From assembly GCA_963668315.1 (NCBI GenBank), contig OY764216.1, positions 4,992,001 to 5,056,000 of the forward strand: DNA of 64,000 nucleotides, given 5' to 3'. The first letter of the stretch is position 1. Every line of letters starts with the position of its first letter. The notes beneath the pieces were generated by a model. That model searched no databases. It was not told the origin of the DNA and worked only from the letters and a program-made list of their open reading frames with translations. This stretch comes from Spirochaetia bacterium. GTDB lineage: Bacteria; Spirochaetota; Spirochaetia; DSM-2461. Shown one piece after another: positions 61,642 through 64,000 of this stretch. Position numbers and translations under genes: made by a program.

Positions 61642-62672
61642 TTCCGGCCGGCCATAGCCTTCCTGACGGCTTCCCGGGCATTCAGGTCGGCTTTAATCAC
61701 CTCGTCGCACCAGATGTCGAATTCCCGGTCCTCCCTCTGCAGCTCTTCATGGGCCAGGACATATTCCACGGTTCTGGCGATCCCCTGGTCGAAACGGACG
61801 GCGGCGGAGAACCCGGGGACAAGCCGCTTGAGCTTGGCGTTGTCAAAAACGACGCTGTTCGCCTTGTCTCCCATCAGTCCGCCGGTAAAGTCGTACACAC
61901 CGCCGGCAGCCAGAAACTCGCTGGAAATATGAACGGCCCTGAGCTCCCGCCCCAGCGCCCCGGCAATGGCCTTATAAATCTGATTCCAGGTCAGGCTCTC
62001 GTCACTGGTAATCTGCACCGCTTCACCCAGGGCATGAAGATTCCCCATCAATCCGATAAACGCCCGGGCGAAGTCGCTGTTATGAGTCATGGTCCAGAGA
62101 GAAGTTCCGTCGCCGTGGATAATGACTCTCTTCCCCTCAAGTATCCTCCGGGCAATCTGCCAGCTGCCGTTCCGCCCGTGTACTCCCAGGGGAATGGACC
62201 GTTCGTCATAGGTATGGCTGGGCCTGATAATGGTCACGGGAAAGCCTTTTTCCCGGTACTGTTTCATAAGATAATCTTCGCAGGCGATCTTGTTGCGGGA
62301 ATACTCCCAGTAAGGATTGGCCAGGGGCGTCCCCTCGGTGATGCGGAAGTCGGAGAGGGGCTTCTGGTAGGCCGAAGCGGAACTGATGAACATGAACTGC
62401 TTTGTCCGACCGGCGAAGAGTTCATAATCCCTCTCAAGCTGTTCAGGGGTAAAGGCGATGAAATCCGCCACCACGTCAAAATCCCTGTCACCCAGCAGCT
62501 CCCGCACCCGGGGCAGATCATTTATGTCCGCAATAAGCTGATGGAGATTCTCTCCCGAAAATACCCCGCGGGTTCCCCGGTTTATCAGATAGAGCTCATG
62601 GCCCTCCTCAAGAAGCTGCCGGGAAATGGCCGTGCTGATTGTACCGGTTCCCCCGATGAATAAAATTCGCAT
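61638..62672 (-). CDS. NAD-dependent epimerase/dehydratase (extended SDR)
   Basis: [21 protein letters not shown]. Confidence 0.88.
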   Translation of the reverse strand: MRILFIGGTGTISTAISRQLLEEGHELYLINRGTRGVFSGENLHQLIADINDLPRVRELLGDRDFDVVADFIAFTPEQLERDYELFAGRTKQFMFISSASAYQKPLSDFRITEGTPLANPYWEYSRNKIACEDYLMKQYREKGFPVTIIRPSHTYDERSIPLGVHGRNGSWQIARRILEGKRVIIHGDGTSLWTMTHNSDFARAFIGLMGNLHALGEAVQITSDESLTWNQIYKAIAGALGRELRAVHISSEFLAAGGVYDFTGGLMGDKANSVVFDNAKLKRLVPGFSAAVRFDQGIARTVEYVLAHEELQREDREFDIWCDEVIKADLNAREAVRKAMAGRN

Positions 62673-62817
62673 GATATGCCTCCTCGCTCTCCTATCTTAA
62701 CATGGAATCCCTTTAAGGCCAAATCATCGGATAAACCCGGATAATCCCGTAAAATGCAAAACCGTTGATTATTACCGCCGTCTGTGCCATAATGGCTCAA
62801 AATATTCTCATTATTCA

Positions 62818-62906
62818 AGGCAAAGTAGAAACACAGCCCCGTAGGTAGTCCGGGCGGTCTTTCACAGAAAGATCCAGTAACCGTCTTATGATGTCCGTCT
62901 TTGCCT
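62818..62906 (+). ncRNA. yjdF riboswitch (azaaromatic-sensing)
   Basis: P1 AGGCAAAG/CTTTGCCT encloses AAACAC...GGTAGTCCGG...CAGTAACC...GATGTCC, the conserved yjdF-motif blocks as I recall them. Lies directly upstream of a YjdF-family gene, after a TTGATT-17-CATAAT promoter. Confidence 0.85.
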
Positions 62907-62934
62907 CTAGGTAAGTTATATCTGGAGGTATAAT

Positions 62935-63318
62935 ATGTCACAGGTGGTTTCTACCATTCTTTACAACGGCCAGTTCTGGATAGCTCTGGTGGAAAAGTAC
63001 GAAGATGACGGTTCCCTATATATAGGAAAGCACACATTCGGGCCGGAACCTAACAATTCGGATATTCTTGATTTTTACCGCGACAGGTATGAACGGTTGA
63101 AATTTTATCCCGTTGATATCCCGGTCCGGATTAAAAAGCAGTACTCCCGGAAAGAGCTGGAGAGAAACAGAGGAAAATCTTTTGCCGGTTTCAAGGCGGA
63201 ACAGAAAAAATACCTGATGGAAAAGAAAAGGGACCGGAAAATCCTGGAAAAAGAGTCTCAGGAAGAGAAGTACCGTAAAAAGGCGGTCAGGAAGAAGGAA
63301 AAAAAACGCGGCCGCTGA
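62935..63318 (+). CDS. yjdF: YjdF/DUF2992-family protein
   Basis: GQFWIALVE...TFGPEP, basic C-terminus ending KKEKKRGR. Confidence 0.85.
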   Translation: MSQVVSTILYNGQFWIALVEKYEDDGSLYIGKHTFGPEPNNSDILDFYRDRYERLKFYPVDIPVRIKKQYSRKELERNRGKSFAGFKAEQKKYLMEKKRDRKILEKESQEEKYRKKAVRKKEKKRGR

Positions 63319-63461
63319 TTATAATGGAAACATTGAAAAAAAAGGCCGGAAGCTTCCCCGGGCGGGACTGTCCCGGGACAAGTTGATTTTCAGATACTAT
63401 AGGGCACTCCTTGGTACTTTTCATCTAATTAAAGGACTTTTAACATTTTTGAACTTTTTCT

Positions 63462-63490
63462 TTGACAGATCAAAAAAACCGTTATAGAAT
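63462..63490 (+). promoter_or_regulatory. sigma70 promoter
   Basis: TTGACA-17bp-TAGAAT. Confidence 0.65.
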
Positions 63491-63533
63491 ACTCATAAAT
63501 AATTATAGTATAACCATAGGAGGTGCCTATTCT

Positions 63534-64000
63534 ATGGCCGAGGTAATACTCAAAAACATTTGTAAGGTGTACGACGGCGGAGTAAAAGCTGTTGATAACG
63601 CCAACATCCACATTAATGACAAAGAATTTGTTGTTCTTGTAGGACCTTCCGGATGTGGTAAATCTACCACTCTCAGAATGGTTGCCGGTCTTGAAGACAT
63701 CACGGACGGCGATCTTTTCATCGACGGCAAGAGAGTAAATGACGAAGCTCCCAAAGACAGGGACATCGCCATGGTATTCCAGAACTACGCTCTGTATCCC
63801 CACATGACCGTATACGACAACATGGCGTTCGGTCTCAAGATCAGAAAGTATGCCAAGGATGAAATCGAAACCCGTGTTAACGAGGCGGCCAGAATTCTGG
63901 ACATTGAAGAGCTTCTCGCCAGAAAGCCCAAAGCTCTCTCCGGTGGACAGAGACAGCGTGTAGCCGTAGGACGTGCTATCGTTCGTAAGCCCAAGGTATT
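63534..64000 (+). CDS. Sugar ABC transporter ATPase (MsmX/UgpC/MalK-like), partial
   Basis: Manual translation: [13 protein letters not shown]...[18 protein letters not shown]...[11 protein letters not shown]...[10 protein letters not shown]. Confidence 0.9.
   Translation, partial: MAEVILKNICKVYDGGVKAVDNANIHINDKEFVVLVGPSGCGKSTTLRMVAGLEDITDGDLFIDGKRVNDEAPKDRDIAMVFQNYALYPHMTVYDNMAFGLKIRKYAKDEIETRVNEAARILDIEELLARKPKALSGGQRQRVAVGRAIVRKPKV

Overview
Chromosomal window from a bacterium with a GC-rich backbone, probably a free-living spirochaete (inferred from gene style, not proven). Left arm (1-18.6 kb): a partial IS256, a LacI-controlled esterase / GH3 / beta-phosphoglucomutase cluster, transporters, an MCP, a dppABCDF-type operon and tRNA-Arg/tRNA-Asp. 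Centre (18.7-39.7 kb): an AT-rich integron-like array of about 16 co-oriented gene cassettes, including APH(3'), HEPN, PD-(D/E)XK-like, GNAT, NUDIX, VOC and methyltransferase genes. The array lies next to a divergent 266-aa tyrosine recombinase that lacks the IntI-specific insertion. Its attC-like sites are non-canonical: they carry a bottom-strand GC-GNA-GC mini-hairpin, most contain a sigma70-like promoter, some are nested, and each cassette has its own 18-26 bp terminal inverted repeat with a near-invariant position-11 mismatch. Four copies of an IS110/IS1111-family element sit at the same CA dinucleotide in the attC sites. Right arm: a repeat-rich surface lipoprotein, a decayed TA pair, relic cassettes, a frameshifted hybrid kinase, an intact IS256, c-di-GMP and two-component genes, a yjdF riboswitch with its gene, and a partial sugar ABC ATPase.
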